Origin: Kudoa neothunni
Lineage: Eukaryota > Animalia > Cnidaria
Assembly (NCBI GenBank): GCA_964304625.1
Contig: OZ199840.1
Coordinates: 8,829,487-8,893,486, forward strand
Direction: 5' to 3'
Length of the DNA stretch: 64,000 nucleotides
Position 1 is the stretch's first letter. Each line of letters opens with the position of its first letter. Shown in pieces: positions 38,602-51,874 of this stretch. Position numbers and translations under genes: made by a program. The notes below the pieces were generated by a model, which saw only the letters and a list, made by a program, of their open reading frames with translations, had not been told where the DNA came from and did no database searches.

Positions 38602-39828
38602 ATGACTAAACAGTCATCATCTAGCAGAGAAAAACTTAGCAGTGGATCCAGCACTTCGTTCCACTCACCATCAAACACTATTTCGTCCGTATCAGGTGAG
38701 GAACTATCACCACTTAGTCATCCAGTGTCTACCGATGAGACACAATCATCCCCGCTAGTAACACCTCCCTCCAACTACACCTCACCCAACCCCACATATG
38801 CATGCTCTAGTCCCACCACAAACAACAACCAACCAATAGTTTCGACATGCGTTGATTCGCTGGACGATTGTGCTTACTCATCAACATCTGTGTTGGGATT
38901 GACAGCGGCAGCCGCACATAGTCAATCTCCTCCCGCCTTTATCAAAAAAGAACATCTTCAACTCAACATTTCGTCCAATCCAACCGCAAATAAACCTACT
39001 TTTATTAATAGTTTGTTGGTAGAAGGTATGATTGAAGCTTTAGATTTGGTCCTATTAATGATTTCTTCGATTAGAACCAACCAACTATCAATGTGCTCCT
39101 TGTATGTGTAGTGAGCGTGGCGAGCTCACTGCTCCGCCAAACTTTGCTCTCAATACTGTAAAACCACCATCAACTCAGTCATCTCAAAGTACTCCAAAAA
39201 ACAATTGTAAACCCACTAAAAACTTCGACTCTTTGGTTTCACTTTCTACATCAATTTTCCAACTAAAAAGCTATTCTACCTCATCCACTCAACCTCCTAC
39301 TTCTTCATCTATTCTTTTTACTGATGAAAGTTCACCGTTTTTAAATGATAGGAAATGTCTTTCAGGTAGTCGGCATTTTTTCTGATTTTGAATTATTTTA
39401 ATATTTTTAATTTTGCAGACAGTTCTAAATATTCGTCACTCGAACCCGATATTACTATCAATACCAATGAAATCGAACATTATTCCTCTACTCCCATTAA
39501 CATTAACACAACAACTGACGCTACCAAAAATCAGCTTGACTCACCTAAACCCATCCCTCCTTTAGCACCAACTTCAAACACTTCGGAAACTCATTATTGC
39601 CATAGTTGTCAGAAAAAACTACCCATTTTAAGTATATATTCTGTGATATAAACCAAATTAGCAATCTTTACACTTTAAGGCTACAAATGTAAATGTGGTC
39701 TCTATTTCTGTAATAAACACAGGCATGCTGAACTACATAATTGCTCATATGATTATAAAGCTGAAAAGAAAGACTACTTGCGAAAAAATATCACCTCTGT
39801 TATTGCCGATAAAGTTCGCAAAATATAG
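38602..39828 (+). CDS. AN1-type zinc-finger protein (ZFAND5/6-like C-terminus) with a long Ser/Thr-rich N-terminus, 4 exons
   Basis: Exons 38602-39025, 39075-39365, 39419-39631, 39680-39828. The C-terminal CHSCQKKLPILSYKCKCGLYFCNKHRHAELHNCSYDYK...ADKVRKI* is a canonical AN1 finger. Confidence 0.85.
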
Positions 39829-41178
39829 TCCATCGGCATATTCATTCTATCCTTATCCATACATTATCCTCTATATATCCGTTTTCTAGCTATTTTTATG
39901 TTGTATCATTGGTAAGGGGTGTTTCTATACGACGAAATTTCGTAAAATAATCGTTTCGATCTATTTATTATTCTCCCTATTTTTTAAAATTAGTCTCTTA
40001 CATTTCTTCAATTGATTCACGTCATTGTCATATTGGTTGGCTTAACTTCGAAAAAGAATTGATTTTTTTAAAGTTAATACAAAATTTCCAAAAATGAGTC
40101 GTTGGAATTTCTGAGCCTTGATAGACAATAGTGAATAGGTGTAATCCACAATTGGGTACAATGCAGCGTTTTCTCCTTCATCTTAGTTTCACATCCCCAA
40201 TCATTTATGAGCACAACGCTGCATCTCTTCTCAAAAAAGGGAAAATATGAAACAGATTTTTCTGTAAGAGCGGGAATAAAATTTCTACTAAAACTACTTG
40301 AACATGAAAAATAAGAAAACTACGTTAACAAACAACAAGCAAATGTAAATATGATAATAAATTAAATTATTTTTTTCCTGTCTTTGTTAAGAAATGATTA
40401 AGTCGAAACTCTTTATTAGATAAAGTTATACATAAATAATAATTTCTAAATACAGTAGATAATCGATTTTCTCTAATCCCCTTGAGACCAGAGAAAAGTT
40501 ACTGAAAATGCATCACTGACCGATTTATGTACTTTCTGACGAATGCATGAACAATTTAAAATATTTTGTATTGATGTAATATAATAAAGTTCACAATTAT
40601 TAATTTTTAGAAATATTTTTAACACAACTTTAAAAAATCTGGTGGTTATGTATTTAGATCGTTATCATATTCAATAATGATGGTACTAAACGAAACACTT
40701 TACGTAGTTGGACTTTGAAAAATAAATTATTCGTTAGATGTTTTAAAATGGGTTGAATTATTAAAAATTTTATTGTTTAATTTTTAGGTAAACTATAAGG
40801 CAAGTAATAATCTAACTTTGATTAACGTCAAGATTAAATTTATCATTCTTGTTGATAAATTATTTTAAATTTTAATACTTCAAATTAGAATCAATTTGCA
40901 CTCAAAAATTATAAAAACTAAAATTCTATATTCGAGATTGTTGTACATGTTTATTTTCTTCATTTAATTTTTAAATTTAGAATCAACGAGAAAACTACCA
41001 AATCCATAATGGCGCACGCGCGATTATTCACATGTTATATTTTTCACAAAAATATTACACCATCCCGTGTTTCCTGCAAATTATGATTTGAGTATATCTT
41101 TATTCCTAATTTCCATTAACTCACTAAAATTTATGTATTCTCCTAACTTGTTATAAGGTATAATTTACGCAAGTTTTA

Positions 41179-43400
41179 CCTACAAATAAAAACCAGAAGC
41201 CAAAATCAACAATTTTTATCTTCCAAAGACCTTGGGGTAAATTAGACCCCGGATTTTTTTAAAATCAATTTATCGAAAAATATCTATATAGTTAAAATAC
41301 AAAATATTTTAAAAATCAATCTGCTATATTCTGAGTAAAACAGTGGTAAATGTAGAAGATAATCCCATTTAATCTGGTACGTGTTGTTTCGTGGAAAACT
41401 CACATCTTGTCGCGTAATTAGCTTAATTCTTAGATTCGCGCTTTTACAACAAAAAATAATAATTAATTTTTTAACGATGAAAAAATTTCAACGTTTTTTA
41501 AAAAACTAAATTTTTGTTATACATTATTTTGAACAGTCACAACATCTATTCGCTGAATGGGTTTGACAATAAAAACCAAGGCATGTGCAGCGCGCTGAGG
41601 TTTTTTATCATTTTCTCCTTTTTTAATTGTAATGATGTTGGTATTGAAAGCGGACAATTTTATTTTAATGATTCTTTTGTTATCATCATGTTTTTCTAGA
41701 AGTGGTTGGTAGGTTGATTGGTTGATAGAGAGCATCGGCCAATTCTTTCAACAAAATGTGCCGTAGTTTATTTTTACAATTAAAAATGTTTTTGTGTAAT
41801 ACGAACGCATTTACCAATGATAAATCCAACATGTTAAAGAAAACAATCATTGGCCATCTTCGACTGGATCTACCTACAGTGACAGATGCCAACATTCTAT
41901 CAACTGAATCGACACCACCTTTCGCTTTATTATAGCTAACAATAACTTCAGTTTTTTAATAGTGTCGTTCCAGTTGATAACAAAATGACAGATTTATTTT
42001 TCTCATTTACATACGATGTTAGCATGAATTTTTCGTAAACTAAAAAAGTCGTACTAAATAACTCTTTTTTTTGGATGGAAGAGCACATGTTGGAATGTCT
42101 CTTTTATAATGGCATATAGTACCCAAATACGTTAGATGTTTACGTAACAACTTTAATGCTAGTGGGAGAGATGGAAAAAAGTTGTCTGCTACAATATTTC
42201 TTTTTAAATCAAATAATGGTCCAGACAACGCCATGACTATAGCTTCCTCATAATTTGAATTACGGACGTTATCAATCCAATTTTTCCGAGATACATACGG
42301 TGCGACATTAAAACATATTTTTCAACTGCGTCAACAAGCATAAAGAATTTAATCAAATATTTTGCCGGTTTTAGAGGCATATACAGTCTAAATGGACATT
42401 TACCTCTAAAAGTGACCAACTGCTCGTCTATGGTGGTAACATCTTGGTTAGGATGAAAATATTGTGGTAATTGTTTCACCCACATTTGCCATAAACTGCG
42501 TATTGGACAAAATTTATCTCTCTCTTCTTTCTGCTCTTGTCCTATAATCGTCAAAATGAGGAGCTCTGGTGATTTGTTTAAATCTATTCTTCGAAAAAAT
42601 TTCTCGATAAATTTCCTCTCTATCCTTATGTACAGCCATAAGGATGAGGATACCAAAATATCCGTTGAACTCAACAATATCAACGTCGGTCCAGTCGTCT
42701 TCAAAATGATTCCTTCCAAATAAATTGGTCGATTCAATTACTTTTTCGCAGATCAGATGGTTTTCGTAAAAAATATAAAAAAACAATCTACAAAATTTTG
42801 TACACGTAGTATACAATATGCCGTCACACCAGGATAGGAATTCATAATATTTTTGGCGGCAATTTTAGATGGTGTAGGTTGTTTGACGCTCCAAACAGTT
42901 CCATGTTTGCCGATAGTTGGATTTCCAGTAACATCGACTTCTAAGCTAAGCTAAGGATTCCTACGAAGTTTCAGAAGATTCGGATACAAAGTCATCAGAT
43001 TCGCTTAGTGACATTTTCCAAATATAACCGCTTATACATATGTAATAAGATTCAAAAACATGTTTCATAGAGATGTAATATAATTTAACGTAATATAAAA
43101 ATTATTAACTTAATGTGGAAATGGAATTTTATCCTTTATTGCACAAAAAAATTCAATATTCACAGTAATATTTAGTTTACGATGCTGCGCGAGGCAAGTC
43201 CGAAATGAAGCGTAAGGGATTAAGTAGGATTATCTGTTTTATTTTCCACTGTTTTACTCAAAATCTAGCCGAAAGATCCTTAAAATATTTTGTCGCCTCA
43301 TTATTAAGATTTTTTTCGATAAATTGATTAGAAAAAAATCTGGGGTCAAATAGACCCCAAGGTCTGGAGGGTGGTTGTTTTTAGGTTATTAGAAGGTTAA
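41179..43400 (-). mobile_element. piggyBac transposon, near full-length, pseudogenised
   Basis: Transposase motifs TIDEQLVTFRGKCPFRLYMPLKPAKYLIK, IVADNFF, YNKAKGGVD and RRWPMIVFFNMLD. Inverted subterminal repeats at ~41227-41285 and ~43307-43365; TTAA at 43397-43400. The left end is approximate. Confidence 0.88.
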
Positions 43401-44089
43401 TGTAAATCCGTTTTTAAATATATTTTTTGGGAAGAGCTGATCTAAGTTAACTAGAATTTAAAATACCGAAATACTTTCATCGTACTTTTATAATATGCCA
43501 AAAAAAGTTTTGAGTCCGAACAGACCACATTTTACTTGTAGGATGTTCTAATCATAAAAATGTATTGACAACGTTCAGAAATATATTAACATTATTAAGA
43601 ATATATTAATATACAATAATATACGAATAGCAAAAATTCGACCTTAGTCAATACACCGATTTTTGAGAAATATGCACTACAACTTCATTTGGAATCTACA
43701 CGAACCCCCATTTTACTCGTAGGTTTAATATTGGTCAAAAAAATTGTATAATTATTATAATATAAAGAAAATGATTAAACTCAATTTCCAATTTACGTAA
43801 ATTAATTTTGGTATGTAAACGAAATAAAGTTCAATAATATGTTAATAGCTTGGAAAACTATTACACCAAAAAAATTTTAAATTTGTTAATAACATATTCA
43901 ATTCTTAAAAAAATTAATAGAGCGTTAATTAATCAATCATTTATACTTAATATCAAAAAAGTGAATAAACTACAAGCATTTTTAAATTTTTCCCCCACAA
44001 AAGACAATTAATAAGATTACCCGTGAAAAAACAACAAATTTTAAACAGAAATAAACTATCATAATCGGGATGAATAAAACAATATAATA

Positions 44090-46119
44090 TTAAGTGTTAG
44101 TATGATTCTGAGATTGATGCTAAAAGAGGAAGTCAACGAAATAGCAACAAAGAGAAAATCGAAAACATACCGAATTTGACCGGGTCGATGGTTGATATTT
44201 TTCTTTTTTTTCACACAACGAAATCACCTCATTCACAACTAAACAATCGTTGCAATTACACCGTTAAAATGCCTTCAATAATTACAGTTGCGATCGCATA
44301 GCAACTTTCTTTTTATTGGAGTGTAGGATGTGAGTAGTTGAGCCAGATTTTCTTTGAATTCTACGTCGTTTGATTGGTTAGGATTGGGCGAGGATGAACC
44401 GGCGGGTAACCCACATTTTGATTTAGTGATGCTGTAGTCAACTAAAAGTTTTCTGTCGGTATTGTCTATTTTGGTAGAATTGGATTCAATCGAACTGAGC
44501 GGTAGCTGATTGGTTGTATTGGTGGCAAGGGAAGACGTTGTGCTGAGATTGCTGCTACCACAACCTCCGATCAATCCCTCAATGCTATAGCTTTGATCGT
44601 CACTGTGTGTTGTGGCGTAATAACGGCTACTATCAAATGATCGGTTGCTTTCACAGTTGAACCGATCTGTAGAAGAGCAAGCCAACGAGTCAAAATTTTG
44701 ATTGAAATAAGACCGACAACAATACAATTCTTCGACACGCTCAAATCCAGCAAATTCATACGAAAATCGTTTAGATCCATAATTCTTAGGGGTTCTAACT
44801 TTGTTCAATAGACCCAAGTAACAATAAACGATCCCAACATCATACAAACGACGAAGAATAGCTAGGCGAATTGTTATAGTCACCTTGGAATGTATTCCAA
44901 GTTACTTGAATTGATTTTTTCGTGAAAAATTCCAGGATACAATTTCATGGAGGCTTGCTCAATGTCGATAGGTTCATGCTATATGGAAAATGCACGAAAA
45001 CTGATTACAAAAGGATATCGACAAATTTAAAAACATACAATGGACATCATAAGAGCTAGAAATCTTCGCGCCATATAACTTATGCTTTTGTCATCTCTGT
45101 TGTTGATATCTAATAATTTGTAGTAGTGGTAAATAGATAATAGAAAAAATAGTGGAATATATGAAAATCTACTGTAGTTGTTAGTGACCAAGCTGTTTAA
45201 ACGATGCTTGATCTTCATCAGACAACGTGGGACCAATTTCAATCCACCCCAATAGCAACAACCACGACCTGCCTTTTTTATGAGATCCAGCCCAGCAAGT
45301 ATATTTATAAGATCATAAACACGTCGTCTCTCAATGTCTAGAGATAGAAGCATTAACCCTCGATTTCACCTAAGCACAAAGTCACTTAAATCCTGCGATA
45401 ACACATTGGGGCAAATAGGTTGGTCTGAAGATTCAAATGTGTATTGTTTTAGAAACATTTCACATAAAGCAATCATAGAACGGCTTGGTTTGGATGGTGT
45501 TTCACTTGGCTCCTGCCTGGCTACAACAGAGCTACTAGTGAAGGATTCATTTTCTGCGTTGCCGATGAAAGAAGGTAATGGCGATATACTATCGATAGAA
45601 GGTTGTTCGTTGGAAAGTGAACAAGAAGGCAGTGAGTATGTGTGAGACCAATTCAATGAGAGGTTGTTTTGGTTGTCAGCAAACGTGGAGACTAATGGCT
45701 CAACCCCCTTGGGGTCGGATTTAAAATTGGCGGCAAAATAGGAGCTATCCATCGAATTGGATTTTATATCTACAACAAATTGTCAGAACTCCTACCAAAC
45801 ATAGAGTCAACTGATTGTAACCTGTAAAATCACAATAGCCGCCGAATCTTTTGTGACTCATAGCGGAGACACTACCACCGCCATTCTGATTTATAACACG
45901 AGAATATCCATTTGGATTCATGCCATGAAAATATTTAGGTATTTTATTCAAATAGTTATCACAATTGATTGCTACATTCTTATTGGAAATTTGAAATCCA
46001 TTGGAATCATAATCAACATTGTAGAAATCACTGAGTTGCTGATTGGGGTGGCACTGAGGCGCGCGTAATTGAGACGACGGGATAGTGGCGACTTTTTTGG
46101 GTTGATTATAGTTCTCCAT
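44090..46119 (-). CDS. Atypical E2F (E2F7/E2F8-like) with two DNA-binding domains, ~8 exons
   Basis: Exons 46119-45822, 45769-45386, 45337-45173, 45109-45039, 44978-44906, 44861-44286, 44238-44171, 44119-44090. DBD1 is SMIALCEMFL..NIERRRVYDLINIL..W and DBD2 is RDDKSISYMARRFL..ILRRLYDVGIV. The last two exons are tentative. Confidence 0.85.
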
Positions 46120-46522
46120 AAGCGGCTATTCCTCTAAATATGTCTTGTACGGATGCTGGAGTTATTGATATCGCTATTAAATATCAAAATGATTCGTTGT
46201 TGATTTTGGTCACTTGGCGGCCAGTCACTTTACTAGCAAACTAACGAATGGACTCGCGCTCAGGATTATCATTGGAATCAAAATTTAATCAAATCCAGGA
46301 TTATTACTGAACAATATTGTAGGTTAGGTTATGATAAGGGTGGTGCCTTGTAGATGAATGAATTCTGAGATTTTTTTCGTGGCAAAAATTAGATAATTTA
46401 TGTGGACTGTGGGAGGCTGCATCAATATTGTTCTGTGTTTCAATTAGAAACTCATTAAAATGCTCTTATCTAAAGAGGTGTCGTTATTTCTTAAAAATAA
46501 TCATATAGCAATGATTCCACAG

Positions 46523-46655
46523 TGTACAATGGTGGATAACGTGATCCGCGCCATAATTATCACGAGTATAATCCTTTTAGTTAGCGTGTAGTTTCTTAAC
46601 CAATAGCGCTTCTATCCACACTGCAATGTAAATAAGGCGTTATCCACTTTATACA
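46523..46655. repeat. Short inverted-repeat element (GTGGATAACG / CGTTATCCAC), MITE-like
   Basis: TGTACAATGGTGGATAACG ... CGTTATCCACTTTATACA are imperfect reverse complements. Confidence 0.5.
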
Positions 46656-49119
46656 AATTCACGCACTCTGTGCTTTATAGTAATTTCAGAAATCCTTATC
46701 TTGTGTTATATACAGGTGGTAAAAAATAGCTATCTAATCATTCAAATTAATATCCACCTATTTAATCTGAAAATAATAATGCCGTACTGCTGATCTGCTG
46801 GAATGGAGATTTGAAAACTGCCGCTCAAAGCTGCGAAGGATAAAAGTGTGAATGTGGCGGTAAATACACTCGACCAATCCCAATCAGGTCCCTTTCTATT
46901 GTTGATAAGCCTCTCTATTTCAGATTCCGACTGATCATTTACGATTAATTTGTTGAGCCACAGAGAAAATGATTTATTTATTTATTCAACTTGTAGCCAA
47001 ATACTTTGCTTCACGCAGCTAAAAACTATCTTCATCTTTATTGTCTTTTAAATTTCTACTGCCCATAGAATCACAAGATTCTCATTCGGTTGGCTTTTTT
47101 TACAGATATTAAATACTTGAAGTTGCAATGAAAAATTCGCTCAATTTTAATCTTTTTACGACCCCTTAGATGACAGTCAGTTTGTTGTCACCAGCGACGG
47201 ATTAAGCTCACTGGGGATTATTTTTAGTTTGTAGCTAGTTTTAGAGATAAAATTCAGCGATTCACGTCACATTGATGTATTGCGTTGTTTTTCTTTCGAA
47301 GAACAACATTTAATTCGTATTATGTAGATGACATAAACAAATATTTTCTTCTGTTTCTTAATTAACCACTAATTCGAATGGTAATATTAGTGATTTAATC
47401 CTAACATGTACCAATAAAATGAATTAGTTCTAATTTAAGCTCAAAAAACAACAATTTGTGTTCACTTTAAATTTGGATGCGTGCGTCATTACGTGGAACC
47501 ATAACTAAATCATTATGCGCGGCGGAAACAGCGCATTATGTATGAGTAATGTTTATGCGCGGAATTATAAAAAAAGACGTTTCATAATATATTTTGTTAT
47601 GTATAGAATAAATTGACTTGTCAATTAACTCAAAATATTTCTTATTATTTTTTGGATTTTTCCTCAAAAACTTTATAGTTCTAATTCTAATTTTGTTATT
47701 TCATTTAATTTGATGTATTATTTTTTTTTGAATTTTCTAATGGAATTTCATTCTGCAATAAATTCATTCGGATAAATAAGAGTAATAAATTCATTGGCAT
47801 TGGTTTTTGAAGCTCTTTTGGTGGAAAATCTAGGAGACAAAATATCAATGTGCTTGATTTTATATAAAAATTTCAATTATAACCCTTAACTGGTAACATG
47901 AGTTTCCACAAGTCCATTGACGCAATAAATTCGCAAAAGTCTATTTTTGTGTATCTATATTACCGAAAAATTTGTAATAGATTATTTTTTAATTTTAAGT
48001 CATATTTTATTAATATTTAATATTTTAAACTAGAGTGACGATTAAAATTAATCACAAAATTACGTAAGCTTACTTTAATGTAGAAGCTGAGTTCTTCATA
48101 TGAACCCTTTCTTCGGAAACTGAGAGTGTGTCTAAGAAAGATTTAGATAAATATTTATGCAATGATTATTGTTTAGACAATGAAATAAGTGCTGATTGAG
48201 AAGGGTGATTAACAAATTTTATTTAGACAATATTTAATTTATTTTTAGTTAAACTAGAAACGGCGATTGGATGACTATCAAGAAAGATAAATCTGTTGTT
48301 TGTCAATTACAACAAAAAATTTGAAGATTTCAATGATAAGCTCTCTTTTTATGTGTGCTTAATTGTAGCAACGTTTTTGATGACTAAACACCCAAATAAT
48401 TCAATTAATCTATATAACGAGAAATACACAAAATTCATTTTTCAGCTAACCTGAGAGTAACTCTGCGGCTATTGATTATAAACAAAGACCCAACCAATCG
48501 TACTTTTTTAAAAATATAAAACTTAAACAAATATTTTTTACTTTAGAAGATAATAAAAAAATATTATTATCGTTCACTTTAATATATATAACTGTAAGTA
48601 CGTGTTTTAGATTAAAGGAAATGCAATTATTTGGAAATAATCGCTATCATGAACAGTTGAGTTGCAAATATAAAATACTTCCGTATCCTAACTATAACTC
48701 AACTTAGCATAATTTGGAAATGCCTCAGTGTGTGGCAGTTGAACAGCATCATCCATTGTCTTACGCATTTTTTATCTTGTTGATAATTATAACAAAAAAA
48801 CAATTTCCAATAGAAACTACTCTTCAACAAATCTTAATATTAATGATGTTTAACGTAACATTGATATCTCGTTTTCACATAAGTAAGTCATAATGTGCTA
48901 ATTTGATATTTTTAAATTTGATTAAAGTGTTTAATTAAATAAACGATAAATGCTGAAGATCACGTGACCGGGGTGACTTTGTTAACCGTAGTTTATTTTA
49001 ATACTTAAAAAATCATACTTTATAAAATTATTAAACTACGTTAAATTGTCAAAATTTAATATTTAATTCCTTAAAATTTACCAAATTTCGTATAATTTCC
49101 CACGATCAATTTATAAATA

Positions 49120-49780
49120 CAGTCAGTGACCGGTTTCACGCACTTTTTAGCCCCGCATATAATAATATACGTTCCTATTTAGTATAATTGAATTGCATAC
49201 ATTTAAGAAAAAAATAGTTTTTTTCATTTAGAAATAAAATAATTAATTGTTTTGGTCATCAAAAATATGCCAAAATATTTGAAATATAAATTTCTCCATT
49301 GCGATCATGAACGATCGATCGATCTTTTTTTGTAAAACTTGGATAATTTTTTAATTCATTTTAATAAATTCGCAAATAAAGACAGTAATCGATTTGTGTT
49401 CAAACATTTAAAAAATTTGATTTATGGTTTTTTAAGGTGCCATAGGGGTTGGATATGGAGGATATATCTGGTGATATATAGTAACAAATTTGGCTGCTTT
49501 TGGGAAATATTGTGGACGTATTTGATTATTTCATGTTTCGATTTGATTTTTTCGAACATTAAACAAAGTTCATCTATTTTTTCAAAAAGTTCCTAAAAAA
49601 GTGCGTATAACCAACAACTCACGTGACCAACAATCTAGAAATTTAGCCACCTTATTATATTATTTAGATCCAAATTCTTTAATAAAACATTAAAAAAATA
49701 TTATATATTGATTGTACATTTGATTATTCAAATTGTGTTTCTGTTTAAAAAGGGCGTAAAACCGGTCACTGCACTGACTG
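49120..49780. mobile_element. Tc1/mariner-type MITE (661 bp) with TA TSD
   Basis: TA|CAGTCAGTGACCGGTTTCACGCACTTTTTA ... TAAAAAGGGCGTAAAACCGGTCACTGCACTGACTG|TA; no coding capacity. Confidence 0.85.
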
Positions 49781-50872
49781 TATAACGTTAATAAATGAGA
49801 ACGTTTTAACGATAATTGAATTGATTTATACTACGTACATATTGTATTATTTATATGTGCCAAACTTGCAAAAAATATACGAACAGATAATCTGTAATGT
49901 GTTTGATAACTTTATCTATTTTGAAAAAATTTCTCTACATGTTTAATTTGGATGTAATTTTTATAATAATAGTCACAATCATGATATACTTATATACAAA
50001 ATTTGTTTCACATTATCTCTATATGCTGTCACTTAAAACTAGGGAATAAAGTCTTAAAAATTTTATATTTGATAATTTGTTGAGATAATACGTGTATAAC
50101 CTTTTTATTACAAACGAAAAATCGTCATAAAAATTTTACAAACCAAGTAAGCTAGTATTAAATTTTTTCATGTATTTAAAGTCTTTTTAAATTCCTTATA
50201 AATAAAAATACAAATATTTTTGGTCGATAAAGTGAAGTAACTATATTTGTTCGTCTAATCCTCCTGGAAATGAAAAATTTTTTTCAAAGGAGATTATTGA
50301 TGATACATATTAGTTAAAATTGTTTAAAAATAAAAGACTTTTTAGCGTTAATCCTAATACGGCGGAAGGTCACGTGACTCAACGTTGTTCGAACGGGGGT
50401 TTGGTAAGAATTTATATAATCGTTATACATAAATTTAGACATACAGTAAGTACTCAATATAGGGAGGTTGTTTGGGGAATGCAATTTAACACGCAATATT
50501 AATATTAAATTTTGTTGACGAAATAGTTATATATTTTAATTTTTCTGCGTTTTGAATATTTCTTATAAAGATCCATAACAGGATGTAGAGAGCAAGGAAG
50601 AAAGCTTTTCTAATTGTGTTATTATTCTCAGATTAATTGTCTTAAACAGTTTCGGCCTCTTCCATATTATCAACATCATTGAGATCATCTAAAATAATCG
50701 AAGCAAACAAGACCCAATTAGTAGCGTCATAATTACATACTTTTCATAATTAGAATCAATGAACGATTTATTATTATTATTATATGTATTAAATATCTTT
50801 AATCGAATAAATCACAATTACCGAAAATAGGAGAATTATTGAAATCATCTATATATTATCTATTATATAAAT

Positions 50873-51834
50873 CAGGGGTGACCAGACATGCCCAGATCGG
50901 GAGCCAACTTTAAGGTTGCGCACATTTCAAGAGCCACAAGGCATTAAAATCATTTACGTGCCTCTTTCTTATTTAAAACTTACATTTTTAGAATATTTTT
51001 ATTAATCATTTAATCGCTAGAAAACTTACATTTAATGTTTACAGGTATAATTTATCATGGTTTTCCAAAAAAAAGTAAATTACTAGTTAACTATCCAACA
51101 CACTTTTTCTCTATGAAAAGGGTAGCAAAAGTAATAAAGTATTTTTCATGTTTAATCATGTATCCATGTCTGACAAAAAATAAAATAAAATTTATACTAA
51201 TAAAGTAATAACACCAGAAATTATCGCTTTCGAAATAATTTAAAAATTTTTTTATTAGAATGTAACAAGTTTTCTATGTTTCCATATTATCAGTGAGCTG
51301 ACTGTTATCCGGTTCGTATGCTGTTAACGCTGTACAAATTAGTTCCGTCAGGTGTTTGTTTGTTTGTTGCTTTGTGAAGGATCCGCGATGTTTCGATTTT
51401 ACAAACTCTATTGTTGAATAAATAAAATCACAACAATAAGTTGTTCCAAGGATAGGAACAAGTTTAAGGGCAACTTTCTTTTAATTTTAAATATTTAGTT
51501 TCTAGAACGTATTTCCAAAATCGCTTGATGAGTTGGAATAATGAATCAACTTTAAAGCTATAACGCGTGTTTTATTCTTTCGATATCCTATCACTTTGGT
51601 AATGGGATAAACACTAGTCCTAATTGTATTTCCTAATGAAACTAGTTATAATTCTAGTTTGCATCAAATATTAAAATTATATGGTAGTTGGTAACTATAT
51701 TTTCTAATCAAAAATATTATCTAATTTACGATTATAGAGTTTAAACTTTGTACTTTTGTGAATAAACATTCTGATGAATTAAAAAAATTAAACTAACAAA
51801 AATTTTTTCAAGAGCCACGGTTTGGCCACTTTTG
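50873..51834 (-). mobile_element. Non-autonomous hAT (Charlie/GTF2IRD2-like) element with a transposase C-terminal remnant
   Basis: Ends CAGGGGTGACCAGAC / GTTTGGCCACTTTTG with 8-bp TSD ATATAAAT / ATATACAT. The minus strand at ~51480-51300 encodes LGTTYCCDFIYSTIEFVKSKHRGSFT..HLTELICTALTAYEPD (hAT dimerisation domain). Confidence 0.82.
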
Positions 51835-51857
51835 ATATACATAAAGCTGAAGTGTTC

Positions 51858-51874
51858 GTGTGTGTGTGTGTGTG
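51858..51874 (+). repeat. (GT)n microsatellite
   Basis: Read directly. Confidence 0.9.

Noticed and set aside
11530-46655. DnaA-box-like words read as a bacterial oriC or contamination
   Set aside because: Surrounding genes are spliced eukaryotic genes and no bacterial genes are present. The words are kept only as part of the dispersed module.
47470-47565. E2F-like sites (GCGCGGCGGAAA, GCGCGGAA) as an autoregulatory promoter of E2F7/8
   Set aside because: Plausible, but 1.4 kb from the ATG with unknown TSS and imperfect consensus; not supportable without 5'-end data.
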